A stretch of DNA of 64,000 nt from a phage. The notes under the pieces are model-generated. The model searched no databases, had not been told where the DNA came from, and was given only the letters and a program-made list of their open reading frames with translations. A program made the position numbers and the translations under genes. This document shows, in pieces, positions 1 to 9,515 of this stretch (the stretch's first letter is position 1; each line of letters starts with the position of its first letter). The DNA is taken from the NCBI GenBank assembly GCA_032691205.1, contig GCA_032691205.1_4541.1; one strand, given 5' to 3'.

Positions 1-45
1 GCGAGCTTTAGTTCACTCTACCGAGGGCAATGACTGGGAAGATTA

Positions 46-249
46 ATGGCTTACAATTATTACTGCATTTATGCACATGAAAAGAAAAAAGGTGACACTG
101 GGACTAACGTTTATGCGGAGTCCGAATCTCATGCAAAAGAGATTGGTGCTATCCTTTTATCACGCTGGACTGGAAATAACTACAGTGCAGAAGATATGTT
201 TGCAGAAGTGGATTCTAGTATCCAAGAAGACAACATAACAACTACGTGA
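46..249 (+). CDS. hypothetical protein (67 aa)
   Basis: ORF track; co-oriented with downstream block; weak RBS. Confidence 0.4.
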   Translation: MAYNYYCIYAHEKKKGDTGTNVYAESESHAKEIGAILLSRWTGNNYSAEDMFAEVDSSIQEDNITTT

Positions 250-294
250 TATACTTATACTCCCTTTTCGGAGGGAGTATTTTAAGGAGGGATT

Positions 295-489
295 ATGCAG
301 AGCGGAGAAGAACTTTTAGAGAAACAATTCTCAACGCGTCAACAAGCTTTAAGTTATATGGTTTTTCTAAGCAATCTTGATGTGAATGAGATACTTTTAC
401 AGCGCGAAGGTAATTTCTGGAGCGTTAAATATCATGCAACAAGGTCTGTAATCTACCTGGAAGAGGCGGAATTCTCTTTGGTAGAATGA
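295..489 (+). CDS. hypothetical protein (64 aa)
   Basis: ORF track; RBS AAGGAGGG upstream of ATG. Confidence 0.55.
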   Translation: MQSGEELLEKQFSTRQQALSYMVFLSNLDVNEILLQREGNFWSVKYHATRSVIYLEEAEFSLVE

Positions 490-1076
490 TCCGAGGAGTA
501 GTTATGCGTTCAACTTTCACTGGCAAAATAAATGCTGGTTTGATTTTTACAGCAGTAAGCATTCTTAGCAAAAAGTTTAAAGTTGTTAACTTACCTGTGT
601 GTGTCGATTTCGATCATGTTTTTGATCCTTCGAACCCCACTCGTTGCATAGTAAGGAGTAATGTTGAAAACCCAACAGAAAATCTTTTTTATGTAACAAA
701 ACCATCTCAAAGCATACTTAACCAGGTTGAGGCGAAATTGATACCTAACGGTAAATATTACTCCTTTTTACCTTGTAAGTCGGTTGAAGTAGAGAATAGC
801 AATACTTTCGCTAATAACTTGTCTGTATTCGTTTTCTTTGTTTCACAGGAAGACGAAACAGATGAAATGGTAGCAACAGTGAGATCACTTTATGACTCTT
901 TAGGGGTTGTTTATAGTCAACAGGTGTGCGAAAATAATAAATCCTGTGTAGATTTCATTATCAACGGTATTTGTGTTTGTAGAGTAGAATCTTTTTGGCT
1001 GCACGATACATATGTGACTGTAGCAGAGGTTATATCTGAACCAAGATTTAGTCATGCGGTTTCGTTAATAATTTGA
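486..1076 (+). CDS. hypothetical protein (196 aa)
   Basis: ORF track; ATGA stop/start overlap with upstream gene. Confidence 0.55.
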   Translation: MIRGVVMRSTFTGKINAGLIFTAVSILSKKFKVVNLPVCVDFDHVFDPSNPTRCIVRSNVENPTENLFYVTKPSQSILNQVEAKLIPNGKYYSFLPCKSVEVENSNTFANNLSVFVFFVSQEDETDEMVATVRSLYDSLGVVYSQQVCENNKSCVDFIINGICVCRVESFWLHDTYVTVAEVISEPRFSHAVSLII

Positions 1077-1086
1077 GGAGGAAGGA

Positions 1087-1416
1087 ATGGAAATTACTAC
1101 AGAACAAGCCCTTATCGACGAGGGTCGTAAAATCTTAGAAAAGTATTTAGAGGAGATTCATAAAACCCCTGGCTATTTGGGTTGGAGAATTGTTGAAGCT
1201 GTAGATTTCCTTCCTCGTAACAGTAAAAGCGTCGAAATGCGATCTCTTTTCTTATTAGTAAAGGTGGATGGGGATACACCTTTTAAAGATGCCGCAGAAC
1301 ATATTGAAAAAGTTGAAGAGAAAGCTTATGCAGAATTTGCCGATCTTGTTTTAGAACAAGAGATTGAAGGAAAGGTGAATATTTTTATTTTCTTAGATTT
1401 TGAGGAGGATAAGTGA
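1087..1416 (+). CDS. hypothetical protein (109 aa)
   Basis: ORF track; RBS GAGGAGG upstream. Confidence 0.6.
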   Translation: MEITTEQALIDEGRKILEKYLEEIHKTPGYLGWRIVEAVDFLPRNSKSVEMRSLFLLVKVDGDTPFKDAAEHIEKVEEKAYAEFADLVLEQEIEGKVNIFIFLDFEEDK

Positions 1417-2156
1417 TCATACACAGAGAAATTACTGTTAAAAGCGATCAAGATCTTTTTATAATTGGAGATCTACACGGTTGTTATAATTTGTATGAAA
1501 AAGGAAAGGCAAAGTTAGGTATCCGAGATACAGATGTGGTTGTATCTCTAGGAGATCTTACTGACCGTGGAAAGCAAAACTTTCGTTGTGTTTTAGAATT
1601 TACTCGTAAACACAATCGCTACGCTATTCGTGGCAATCATGAAGACATGATGATTAAAGGTATGCTGGAAGGAGATCGTAGCTACTACGAGTGTTGGTAT
1701 CAAAATGGAGGATATACGGTCTTTGAAGAATGTGGTGAAGAAGGAGCTACAGCCTTAGCAATGATGACAGAAGATTTACCTGTTGTTCTCATTGTTAACT
1801 ACAGAGGCATGAAACTTGCGTTTATTCATGGTGGGTATCCATCTTCTTTGGAATATCTCCCTGTAACAGATATTCCAGAATACATTTCGAAGATGACAAA
1901 AACACAGGAAAACCGTTTTGCTGAAGCACTTATGTGGGACAGAGATATGGTAGACTGTGCTAAAGAGGGAATGAAACTTCCTGTTGTGATGGGTGTGGAT
2001 TATGTGTTTCATGGACACTCTTATGTAAAAACACCTATTATCAATGCGAATCGTGTTTATATGGATACTGGATCTGTGTTCAATAATAACTTAACATTTG
2101 CTTATTTCGATATGGACGGTGGTCTTCAATTTTATTCAACTCTTGAGGAGGATTAA
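1413..2156 (+). CDS. PPP-family metallophosphatase (Ser/Thr phosphatase or ApaH-like)
   Basis: Motifs GDLHG, GDLTDRG, GNHE in canonical order in the translation. Confidence 0.8.
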   Translation: MIIHREITVKSDQDLFIIGDLHGCYNLYEKGKAKLGIRDTDVVVSLGDLTDRGKQNFRCVLEFTRKHNRYAIRGNHEDMMIKGMLEGDRSYYECWYQNGGYTVFEECGEEGATALAMMTEDLPVVLIVNYRGMKLAFIHGGYPSSLEYLPVTDIPEYISKMTKTQENRFAEALMWDRDMVDCAKEGMKLPVVMGVDYVFHGHSYVKTPIINANRVYMDTGSVFNNNLTFAYFDMDGGLQFYSTLEED

Positions 2157-2464
2157 TGTATAAGATTACAATTATTCAAAGTGTAGGTAATATCCGTAAA
2201 GAAGTTATCTTAGAAACAGAAGATGTTAATCTTGTTCGTAAGATTGTTCTTAAGGAAGATAACCTGCAAGCTGTAGAATCAGATGCACCGAATCTTATGG
2301 TGGATCAAGAATATTCTGAACTTCGTCGTATTTTTGAAGAGATTCAGAAGAAAGAAACACAACCGACCATAAAACCTTTTGGTCCTTATGATCCGAGCAA
2401 TCCTAGCAGTCCTTGGATCATGAGAAATACGGAACCGTATACACCTTTTGAAATTACTTGTTGA
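2156..2464 (+). CDS. hypothetical protein (102 aa)
   Basis: ORF track; start overlaps upstream stop. Confidence 0.55.
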   Translation: MYKITIIQSVGNIRKEVILETEDVNLVRKIVLKEDNLQAVESDAPNLMVDQEYSELRRIFEEIQKKETQPTIKPFGPYDPSNPSSPWIMRNTEPYTPFEITC

Positions 2465-2471
2465 GGTGATT

Positions 2472-3053
2472 ATGGCAGAACTGTTCTATACGGGAGTTGG
2501 AAGTAGAGACATATCCGAAGAAGAGTGGGCTTTGATGGTAGGCATAGGGAAATGGCTTTCAAACCTTGGGTTTAAATTAAGGTCTGGGAAGGCAGAGGGT
2601 AGTGATTCTGCTTTTGAAACAGGTGTCCAAGAGTCTGAAAATCCTACTAACAAGGAGATTTATGTTCCTTGGGAAAATTTCAAAGGTAATCAGATTCCAG
2701 GGGATGTTATTGTTCTTGCAAAACCAGATACAATGAACTATGCTATCTCTGTGCAATGGATCAAAGATGTTCACCCAGCCTATGAAAAGCTTAAGCAGGG
2801 TGCTAGAAAATTGCACCAACGTAATGTGCATCAAGTGTTAGGTAGAGATTTGGAGAATCCTGCTCCATCATGTTTCTTGTTGGCTTGTGCTAATACTGAT
2901 AAACATGGAGATGCAAAAGGTGGAACAGCTACGGCTTGGAAGATAGCTAAAGCCAATAATGTTCCTTGTTTAAACATTCGTGGGAAAACAAAACAAGAGA
3001 TTTACGATTTTCTACGACCTTTGGTAATGAGGGCAATAACAAGTGATTCCTAA
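2472..3053 (+). CDS. SLOG/DprA-like Rossmann-fold protein (putative)
   Basis: Start moved to ATG 2472 (RBS GAGGTGA); motif GVGSR ... SGKAEGSD resembles DprA/LOG-type nucleotide-binding loop. Confidence 0.5.
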   Translation: MAELFYTGVGSRDISEEEWALMVGIGKWLSNLGFKLRSGKAEGSDSAFETGVQESENPTNKEIYVPWENFKGNQIPGDVIVLAKPDTMNYAISVQWIKDVHPAYEKLKQGARKLHQRNVHQVLGRDLENPAPSCFLLACANTDKHGDAKGGTATAWKIAKANNVPCLNIRGKTKQEIYDFLRPLVMRAITSDS

Positions 3054-3555
3054 ACGTAAACGTGGTGAACAAAGAACAAACTTGGCAGAAATCTTAGATT
3101 ACAACATGGTTAATGATGTGACAAAAGAAATTCTGCCTGTTGTAGAAAATATTCTTCAAAGAGGGTTACGATTCTGCTCGGATCGGGTGCATTTCATGTG
3201 GACACATAAAAGTGACTCCGCTTTGAATTTCTATCCTTTGGACTATACTCTGAACAATACGGAGATGAAAGATATCAACAAATACTTAATGGGATATAAA
3301 GATATAACAGAAACTGTTCTTGGAGAATTGGCAGAGATCTTGGCTAATGATATCCTTAGAAATATTAATAAGGCTCTTGACAGAAGTCCAGCAGGAGTAG
3401 TAGTATCTTTTGCTGTGCCAGATATGGTTAAATATGAGTCTACAATACCTAATAAAGCTTATGCCTTTCTTCGGAGAGACGTTCGTGGAAATGTGTTGGA
3501 GATGGAGTCAAACTACAAGATTGAGGAGGTTTTATGGCAGAGTTCGGATCAGTAA
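3043..3555 (+). CDS. hypothetical protein (170 aa)
   Basis: ORF track; GTG start. Confidence 0.5.
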   Translation: MIPKRKRGEQRTNLAEILDYNMVNDVTKEILPVVENILQRGLRFCSDRVHFMWTHKSDSALNFYPLDYTLNNTEMKDINKYLMGYKDITETVLGELAEILANDILRNINKALDRSPAGVVVSFAVPDMVKYESTIPNKAYAFLRRDVRGNVLEMESNYKIEEVLWQSSDQ

Positions 3556-3824
3556 CAAGTTTTGAAAGTAACTTCGTTACCGCTTGGGAAGCTTGGGATG
3601 AAATGGGTGTTGGGGAACTTTATTTTTACAATGTAACACTACGTCCAGAGTATGCTTACCTGGTACCAGAAGGAACAGTTCAAATTGGCATGTATTTGTC
3701 TTCTCAAGACGGTGTTGTTCAATTTGAGTTTTATTCTAACACAACGGACAACGAATTTACATACCGCGCATTTCATGTCAACATGTCTTTAGGAGAGGAG
3801 AAATTTTATGACGACCAAGTTTAA
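3534..3824 (+). CDS. hypothetical protein (96 aa)
   Basis: ORF track. Confidence 0.5.
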   Translation: MAEFGSVTSFESNFVTAWEAWDEMGVGELYFYNVTLRPEYAYLVPEGTVQIGMYLSSQDGVVQFEFYSNTTDNEFTYRAFHVNMSLGEEKFYDDQV

Positions 3825-4005
3825 AACAGTAGAAGAAGCCGTAAAAGCAGCTTATGAGGCTTTAGCGGAAGCAGAGCAGTTAGCAGATGAGACTGGTAAA
3901 GGTTTCCGTTTCTCCCCTGAATATGGGATGGGTGGTTATTATGATCCAGAAGACGAAAATGAGAACACTGGAACAAATTGGCATCCATCTTCTTTAAGTT
4001 GTTAA
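3808..4005 (+). CDS. hypothetical protein (65 aa)
   Basis: ORF track; RBS GGAGAGGAG upstream. Confidence 0.45.
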   Translation: MTTKFKTVEEAVKAAYEALAEAEQLADETGKGFRFSPEYGMGGYYDPEDENENTGTNWHPSSLSC

Positions 4006-4016
4006 TAGGAGGTAAA

Positions 4017-4286
4017 GTGGGAATCGAAGATATCAAAGGTTATAAACCGCATACCGATGACAAAATTGGTAAAGTGAATGCTATTAAAGATGCTGAAGTT
4101 CGATTAGGATTAATCTTTGATGCTCTAATGTCTGAATTGTGGGCTGAACTGGATGATTGTGAAGATTTGGAAGAGTCTACCAATATATCCACCCGCCTTG
4201 ACCAAATTTCAATAGCAAAGACTAAGTTGAAAGAAGCTTCTATGTGGGCCTGTCGTTCCGTTTTCCAACCAGAGGAGAAATACTAA
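4017..4286 (+). CDS. hypothetical protein (89 aa)
   Basis: Track ORF 3978-4286 trimmed to in-frame GTG 4017 preceded by AGGAGG. Confidence 0.5.
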   Translation: MGIEDIKGYKPHTDDKIGKVNAIKDAEVRLGLIFDALMSELWAELDDCEDLEESTNISTRLDQISIAKTKLKEASMWACRSVFQPEEKY

Positions 4287-4504
4287 TGAGTGATCGTAAT
4301 GTTGAAGAATTAACTGAAAAAGCCCAAGCTATTATGGCTTTAGTGGACGAACTTACAAAAGAAGCTGAAGATGCTGGTTTTGGTCTTAGTTTAGAAAATG
4401 ACGCAATCTGTTTTGAAGATTGGCAATCCTCTTCTTGTTATGGTGAAGGTGATGATGGTTTCGTCGTTAATTCTCAAGGCGTTTGGCACAGTAGTAGCTG
4501 TTAA
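4286..4504 (+). CDS. hypothetical protein (72 aa)
   Basis: Track ORF 4244-4504 trimmed to ATG 4286 (RBS GAGGAG; TAATG overlap). Confidence 0.5.
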   Translation: MSDRNVEELTEKAQAIMALVDELTKEAEDAGFGLSLENDAICFEDWQSSSCYGEGDDGFVVNSQGVWHSSSC

Positions 4505-4513
4505 GGAGAGATT

Positions 4514-4786
4514 GTGGAGTCTGAAGGCGAACTGCTGATAAAAAAGAAAGTTAAAGAGATGGAACAAGCACAAAGAAAGTTTCGTAAGGAGATTGAAGAA
4601 CTTTGTGAACAGTTTCAGGAACAAGCTTGGATAGGTGACTACGGTAACGGAGAAACTTATTACCCTACAGGAACGCCAGCCGCAGATCACTATATTGATT
4701 TCATTTGTGAAGATTATGGTGTAGAGTTGGATGAAAATGGTTTAACCACAAGAGGTGTTTGGATCTCTTCTTCCTCAATGTGTTAG
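4514..4786 (+). CDS. hypothetical protein (90 aa)
   Basis: ORF track; GTG start after AAGGAGAG. Confidence 0.5.
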   Translation: MESEGELLIKKKVKEMEQAQRKFRKEIEELCEQFQEQAWIGDYGNGETYYPTGTPAADHYIDFICEDYGVELDENGLTTRGVWISSSSMC

Positions 4787-4796
4787 TAAATAATAA

Positions 4797-4817
4797 CCCG
4801 CTTCGGCGGGTTTTTTA
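4797..4817 (+). terminator. rho-independent terminator
   Basis: cccgcttcggcggg hairpin followed by T7 tract. Confidence 0.7.
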
Positions 4818-4876
4818 TTGACAGGAATCTGGAAGCTTGATAAACTTAACCTATCAACCAATAGAGGAGAAATATT

Positions 4877-5818
4877 ATGGTGTTAATTGGTAGCCGTGCA
4901 TTGCAAATTCATGCTATGGACATGGGAAAAGACTTGTATCGCCCTTGTGTAGATTTAGATTACCTGTGTACAGAACAAGAGTGGGAAGAATTATCAAAAA
5001 TGTTCTCTCAAGACGAGTTTGTTGAACTTGTAGAACGTAAAGGGAACAAAGGCCATGTCAAAATGATAGCTGGCGCACATTTGGAATACGATATTGCTTC
5101 TCAAGGAGATAGCACAGAAGCTTTGATTAGTTATTGTGAAGATTCTGATGATGTTCGTCGAACTTACGCTGGACATGTTGTTGCTCCTTTAGATGTGCTC
5201 TACCTTCTTAAAATGAGTCATCGTTTTAAAAAGGATAGTCCTCACTTCTTTAAAACTATGAAAGATATTCATTTCATGCGGTCACTGGGCGCAAAGATCC
5301 CAGAAAATCTTAAGAGTATTTATGAGTTGCGTGAGAAAGAAACATACACTTACTCTCATCCGAACTTAAACGTAAAAAGTAAAGACTTCTTTAAAGGTGA
5401 TGAGGTTCCGTATGTTTATGATCATGATTCTATCCATGAAGCAATCGCGGTAATGGATGCTCCAGCATATAAATCTTATATGAAAGATGGAAGTGAAGTT
5501 ATGACCAGCAAAGAAAAGTTTTTTGCTCAACCAAAACATGTGCGCCTGTTAGGTGTTTATGAAGAAGCGTGTGTTTTGGCTTTGGAACGTTCACAAATTC
5601 CTTTCGGTGAAGAGATCGGAGGTCCAACCCCTAAGCAAAGTTTTATAATGGCTTTATCTAAAGTCTGCACATCCATCACTAGTGGTTGGTTTAGGGAATA
5701 TGCTTGGGAAAACCTTTATGTTGTTATTAAGCTATATGAAAACATGGGCGAAAACGACTATGTTGAACGTTTTAAAGCTAATCAACATGTAGTAAAGCCT
5801 TTTGAAGGAGGTTATTAA
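4877..5818 (+). CDS. putative nucleotidyltransferase-fold protein (313 aa)
   Basis: RBS GAGGAG; N-terminal GSRA...DLDY resembles Pol-beta-type NTase G[SG]-x-D-x-D motif (weak). Confidence 0.55.
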   Translation: MVLIGSRALQIHAMDMGKDLYRPCVDLDYLCTEQEWEELSKMFSQDEFVELVERKGNKGHVKMIAGAHLEYDIASQGDSTEALISYCEDSDDVRRTYAGHVVAPLDVLYLLKMSHRFKKDSPHFFKTMKDIHFMRSLGAKIPENLKSIYELREKETYTYSHPNLNVKSKDFFKGDEVPYVYDHDSIHEAIAVMDAPAYKSYMKDGSEVMTSKEKFFAQPKHVRLLGVYEEACVLALERSQIPFGEEIGGPTPKQSFIMALSKVCTSITSGWFREYAWENLYVVIKLYENMGENDYVERFKANQHVVKPFEGGY

Positions 5819-5819
5819 T

Positions 5820-6215
5820 ATGTGTGGATATCTTTCAGAAAGTTATTTCAAAGTGACGCATGAGGATTTAGAAAAAGCACGATTGAAACTGACAGCTATT
5901 ATTGAACACTCTAATACTGTTGATCACAGATTAAAGACTACTAAAGTATCTGTTCCTTGTTGGTTAGGTTTACGGCATAAAATAATGTCTCAACATGCCC
6001 ATGTTGTTCGAGAGATGCATGGTTGGTGTTGGTTTCACGATGTGGCTCTGCATTTTGGTTATATTACAGAAGAAGAGCATAGATTCTGTGAACTAACATA
6101 TCGTATTCCAACCCTTCACGATTTAGATTTGTGGAAGAAAGCAAACGAGATTTTTCTTACAGAAAGTGATTGGCGTAAAGTTATGGCTTGTCTTGAATGG
6201 AGGGGTAATGAGTAA
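5820..6215 (+). CDS. hypothetical protein (131 aa)
   Basis: Track ORF trimmed to ATG 5820 after GGAGG. Confidence 0.5.
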   Translation: MCGYLSESYFKVTHEDLEKARLKLTAIIEHSNTVDHRLKTTKVSVPCWLGLRHKIMSQHAHVVREMHGWCWFHDVALHFGYITEEEHRFCELTYRIPTLHDLDLWKKANEIFLTESDWRKVMACLEWRGNE

Positions 6216-6891
6216 AACAGTTTTGTCTATGTTTGACGGATCTGGGATCATGGTGTTACGTTATGCCGAAGCAGGTCACAAGTGTTTTTGTGTAAACGCT
6301 GATGAAGGGGATCACGGTAAATACGAGGTTAGGATGGAGCACCCAAACATAACCTATGTGAATGCCTGGATAGATTCTACATTCAACCCTGAAGATCATG
6401 GGATACCTAAACCCGATATTATTTTTGGATTTCCACCTTGCACTATGTTAGCAGGTAGTGGTAGCAAACACGAACGTAGCACAGAGGAATTAGATGAAGC
6501 TTTAGCTAATATTCGTGTAGTGGAAGCTTTGGGTAACAAATATAATGTTCCTTGGATGATTGAAAACCCAGTAGGTAAACTTTCAACCTTATGGCGTAAA
6601 CCCGATTTTTACTTTGATCCTTATGAGTATGGTGGGTATTTGTTTGAAGAGGAAGGAAGCTTTCATCCTAAAATGCCTACCCGTGATGGGTATACAAAGA
6701 AAACTTGTATTTGGCACGGCAATGGTTTTGTTCAACCAGTGAAGAAACCAGTAGATCATATAGGCTGCTTCTGGGGTTGGAAAAGCTTAGGCGGAGCTAG
6801 TGCAAAAACAAAACAACTCAGATCACTAACCGCACGTGGTTTTGCTCGTGCAGTGTTTTTGTCTAACAATCTTCTAGATAAGGAGAAATAA
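6208..6891 (+). CDS. C5-cytosine DNA methyltransferase-like protein (putative)
   Basis: Start ATG 6208 after GGAGGGG; motifs FDGSG, GFPPCT (PC-type) and ENP (ENV-like). Confidence 0.5.
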   Translation: MSKTVLSMFDGSGIMVLRYAEAGHKCFCVNADEGDHGKYEVRMEHPNITYVNAWIDSTFNPEDHGIPKPDIIFGFPPCTMLAGSGSKHERSTEELDEALANIRVVEALGNKYNVPWMIENPVGKLSTLWRKPDFYFDPYEYGGYLFEEEGSFHPKMPTRDGYTKKTCIWHGNGFVQPVKKPVDHIGCFWGWKSLGGASAKTKQLRSLTARGFARAVFLSNNLLDKEK

Positions 6892-7508
6892 TGTCAAATT
6901 CAAAACCAGTAGTTGCTTATCAAGTAGATCGTAATGATGGTGAAGGTAGTGTTGTAGTTTTTGATACACATGGTCTTGCAGCAAGACGCAAAGGTGCTTG
7001 TCTACTGGACATTGGTGGTGAAGATGAATACTGCACTGTACGTAGAGTAAAAGAATTTGATCAATATGCTGAAAAAGGTTTTGTACCCGTGAAAGCACTA
7101 TTAGAAGCTGGATGGTGGATACCTAGTGCACATGATTATGATATTTTGGAAGATACAGATGAATTCAACAGTGAAGATTTTGTTTTTTCTCTGGATGAAA
7201 AATGCGTTTGGAAGGACTGGGATGAAATGGAACGCCATGCTTATTTTATAAACGAAGCATTAGATCGTAAAACTTGGTTTGAGAATACAGTTAAAGCAGC
7301 GTATCCTCAATTTACTTTTACACAGTTTTGGGGTGGCCCACATCATATTACTCATACAGCATATTTCGAGTTCCCAGGCTCACGTTATAAAGGTACTGTT
7401 TATTGGGATTGGGACGAGGACAAAGAACCTTCTGCTCAAGACTTCCGTTGCTATGTTTGTCAAGGTGATCAAGAAGCCCTTGACAAATACCTACAAAGTC
7501 TGGTATAG
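6891..7508 (+). CDS. hypothetical protein (205 aa)
   Basis: ORF track; RBS AAGGAGA. Confidence 0.6.
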   Translation: MSNSKPVVAYQVDRNDGEGSVVVFDTHGLAARRKGACLLDIGGEDEYCTVRRVKEFDQYAEKGFVPVKALLEAGWWIPSAHDYDILEDTDEFNSEDFVFSLDEKCVWKDWDEMERHAYFINEALDRKTWFENTVKAAYPQFTFTQFWGGPHHITHTAYFEFPGSRYKGTVYWDWDEDKEPSAQDFRCYVCQGDQEALDKYLQSLV

Positions 7509-7525
7509 TGCCAACATCTGAACAA

Positions 7526-7556
7526 AGCCTCCTGTTTCAGGGGGCTTTTCTTTTAT
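7526..7556 (+). terminator. rho-independent terminator (imperfect stem)
   Basis: gcctcctg/cagggggc hairpin followed by T-rich tract. Confidence 0.5.
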
Positions 7557-7566
7557 AGGAGGGAAT

Positions 7567-8052
7567 ATGTTTCAAGTAAATGTCAATGTGCATAATAGTT
7601 ACTCTGATTGTGAAACGTGTGGCTATAATTCATCTAATGTTATTCGTATTAGTGGCGATTTAGGAGAAGCTTCTTTTGGAGAAGAAGCAAGTTGCTTTAG
7701 TGGTATGGATGCAGAATGGAATGATATTGCACATTGGTTAGTGAGCAAACTAAAAGAAAAAGAGAAACCATTTCCTACTCTGCTTGATCGTTCTCTTGTG
7801 GAAGATGCAGGTAAAGCATATGCAGACTATGCGTATGCAGACGGGAAATATTTGGAAGATGATAAGGCTAACCATTTGCTTTATGTTTATTATGAAGCTG
7901 AATCTGCCTACGATAATTATTACAGCATGTCTAACATCCTACGTCTGTTTGCAGAGTTTGATATTTATTTCGAAGTAGAATTTTCAGAAGATGATGTTTA
8001 TGAATATGATTCTTATGATCCATTTGAGGAGGAAGAATGCCAAGACGAGTGA
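7567..8052 (+). CDS. acidic hypothetical protein (161 aa)
   Basis: ORF track; RBS AGGAGGG. Confidence 0.55.
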   Translation: MFQVNVNVHNSYSDCETCGYNSSNVIRISGDLGEASFGEEASCFSGMDAEWNDIAHWLVSKLKEKEKPFPTLLDRSLVEDAGKAYADYAYADGKYLEDDKANHLLYVYYEAESAYDNYYSMSNILRLFAEFDIYFEVEFSEDDVYEYDSYDPFEEEECQDE

Positions 8053-8852
8053 TTTTTGTAAGTGGCGCAGGACTATCTGTGGATAGCGGTATCCCAGCTT
8101 TTAGAACAGATACTTCTTCAGGGGAGGCGTTATGGTCTTCTTATAATCTTTCTGAAGTCTGTGACATTTTCAACTTCCGTGACGGGTATCAGCAAGAACA
8201 AGGTATTCTTGATGCTATGGGCGGTTTAGATGCGGAAGGATATAACCTCTACCGTAAAACTCACGACTTTTACAATAAACGTCGCGCGGAATTAGAGAAA
8301 GTTGACCCGAATCCGGCACATCTTCAGATTGGGGAATGGTTCAAAAAACATGGTGCAGAAAAGATTATTAACATCACTACTAACGTTGATGACCTCCTTG
8401 AACGAGCAGGAGTAGATAGGGAAGAAGTGCTACATGTGCATGGTTTTCTTCCTGAAATTACTTTTCAAAGAAAAGCTGGACAACCTACAATTGTAAAAGA
8501 TGTTGGTTATCAAGCCATAGATGTAGATGACTACCATTATGTAAAACCTAATGTAATCTTCTTTGGGGAAGCTGCTCCACTTTACACAGATATGTATCAT
8601 ATTTTTGATACACTGACGGCTCAAGATATGGTTATCGTTGTAGGCTGCTCTAACCAAGTAATCAACTTCAACTGGGAACTCTTCCCTGCCCTGAATATTG
8701 GGGTTAAGATGGTTGTAGTTAACCCAGGTTTGAATTTTGTAGAACAAACTCTCTACGAAGAACGTGGAGTGCTTGTCTACCGAGAGAAAGCAGGAACAGT
8801 CTTCAGTGATGAAGGCTTTATCAAAATGGTTGAAGACCATTTAAACAAATAA
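8037..8852 (+). CDS. SIR2-family (sirtuin-like) protein lacking zinc ribbon
   Basis: Motifs GAGLSVDSGIPAFR, TTNVDDL..HVHG, IFFGE, VVGCS; no Cys pairs. Confidence 0.75.
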   Translation: MPRRVIFVSGAGLSVDSGIPAFRTDTSSGEALWSSYNLSEVCDIFNFRDGYQQEQGILDAMGGLDAEGYNLYRKTHDFYNKRRAELEKVDPNPAHLQIGEWFKKHGAEKIINITTNVDDLLERAGVDREEVLHVHGFLPEITFQRKAGQPTIVKDVGYQAIDVDDYHYVKPNVIFFGEAAPLYTDMYHIFDTLTAQDMVIVVGCSNQVINFNWELFPALNIGVKMVVVNPGLNFVEQTLYEERGVLVYREKAGTVFSDEGFIKMVEDHLNK

Positions 8853-8860
8853 ACCACTCA

Positions 8861-8883
8861 AGGGGCTTCGGCCCCTTTCTTAT
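8861..8883 (+). terminator. rho-independent terminator (weak T tract)
   Basis: aggggcttcggcccct hairpin then ttctt. Confidence 0.45.
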
Positions 8884-8895
8884 TAGGAGAACAAA

Positions 8896-9168
8896 ATGAC
8901 TGAAGAAATCCGTGATTACTACCTTGCACATTACGTTTACTACTTTGCTAATGCTACACAAAAAGGGGAAGGTAATCTTTACTTGGCAACAGGGCATGGA
9001 ACAGGTGTTAGGAAATCAAATATTGATAATGCCTTGGCTCAAGTGGCTGCTGGGCTAGAAGATAAACTTCAAATACCTGTAGTTGTAGTGATGCAAAACA
9101 TAAGTTACCTAGCAAGTTGTACTGAAACCGAATTTAACGCGTCTGAAACGCAATCTAACGAAGAATAA
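8896..9168 (+). CDS. hypothetical protein (90 aa)
   Basis: ORF track; RBS AGGAGA. Confidence 0.55.
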   Translation: MTEEIRDYYLAHYVYYFANATQKGEGNLYLATGHGTGVRKSNIDNALAQVAAGLEDKLQIPVVVVMQNISYLASCTETEFNASETQSNEE

Positions 9169-9171
9169 AAT

Positions 9172-9204
9172 AAAGGCACCCACTTGGGTGCCTTTTCTAT
9201 TTTA
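9172..9204. terminator. terminator hairpin at convergence of plus and minus blocks
   Basis: aaaggcaccc..gggtgccttt stem with flanking A/T tracts. Confidence 0.6.
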
Positions 9205-9237
9205 GAGCGTCTCTGTTCGATTTAGGTGGGTTCTAGC

Positions 9238-9468
9238 TTACTTGTGTAGTGCTCTCTCGTATAACTCAATGATCAATTCATCCTCTACTGTAATACGCGC
9301 CATTTGATCCGTCTTAAGTATTGTTGGTTGGTAGTGGTGCATTTCACTATTGATACTACAATCCCATTCGTCATAACCTAAATACTCTCCTACATGGACC
9401 TTAACCATAAAGGGAAACGGGTTATCTACCAAAAATGCCATACAACCTTCTTCGATTTTATTTAACAC
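9238..9468 (-). CDS. hypothetical protein (76 aa)
   Basis: ORF track. Confidence 0.5.
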   Translation of the reverse strand: MLNKIEEGCMAFLVDNPFPFMVKVHVGEYLGYDEWDCSINSEMHHYQPTILKTDQMARITVEDELIIELYERALHK

Positions 9469-9493
9469 ACGACCTCCTATTGCTATAGATATG

Positions 9494-9515
9494 AAAAAAC
9501 CCGCCGAAGCGGGTT
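9494..9515 (-). terminator. rho-independent terminator (minus strand)
   Basis: acccgccgaagcgggt hairpin; U6 tract on minus strand. Confidence 0.65.
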
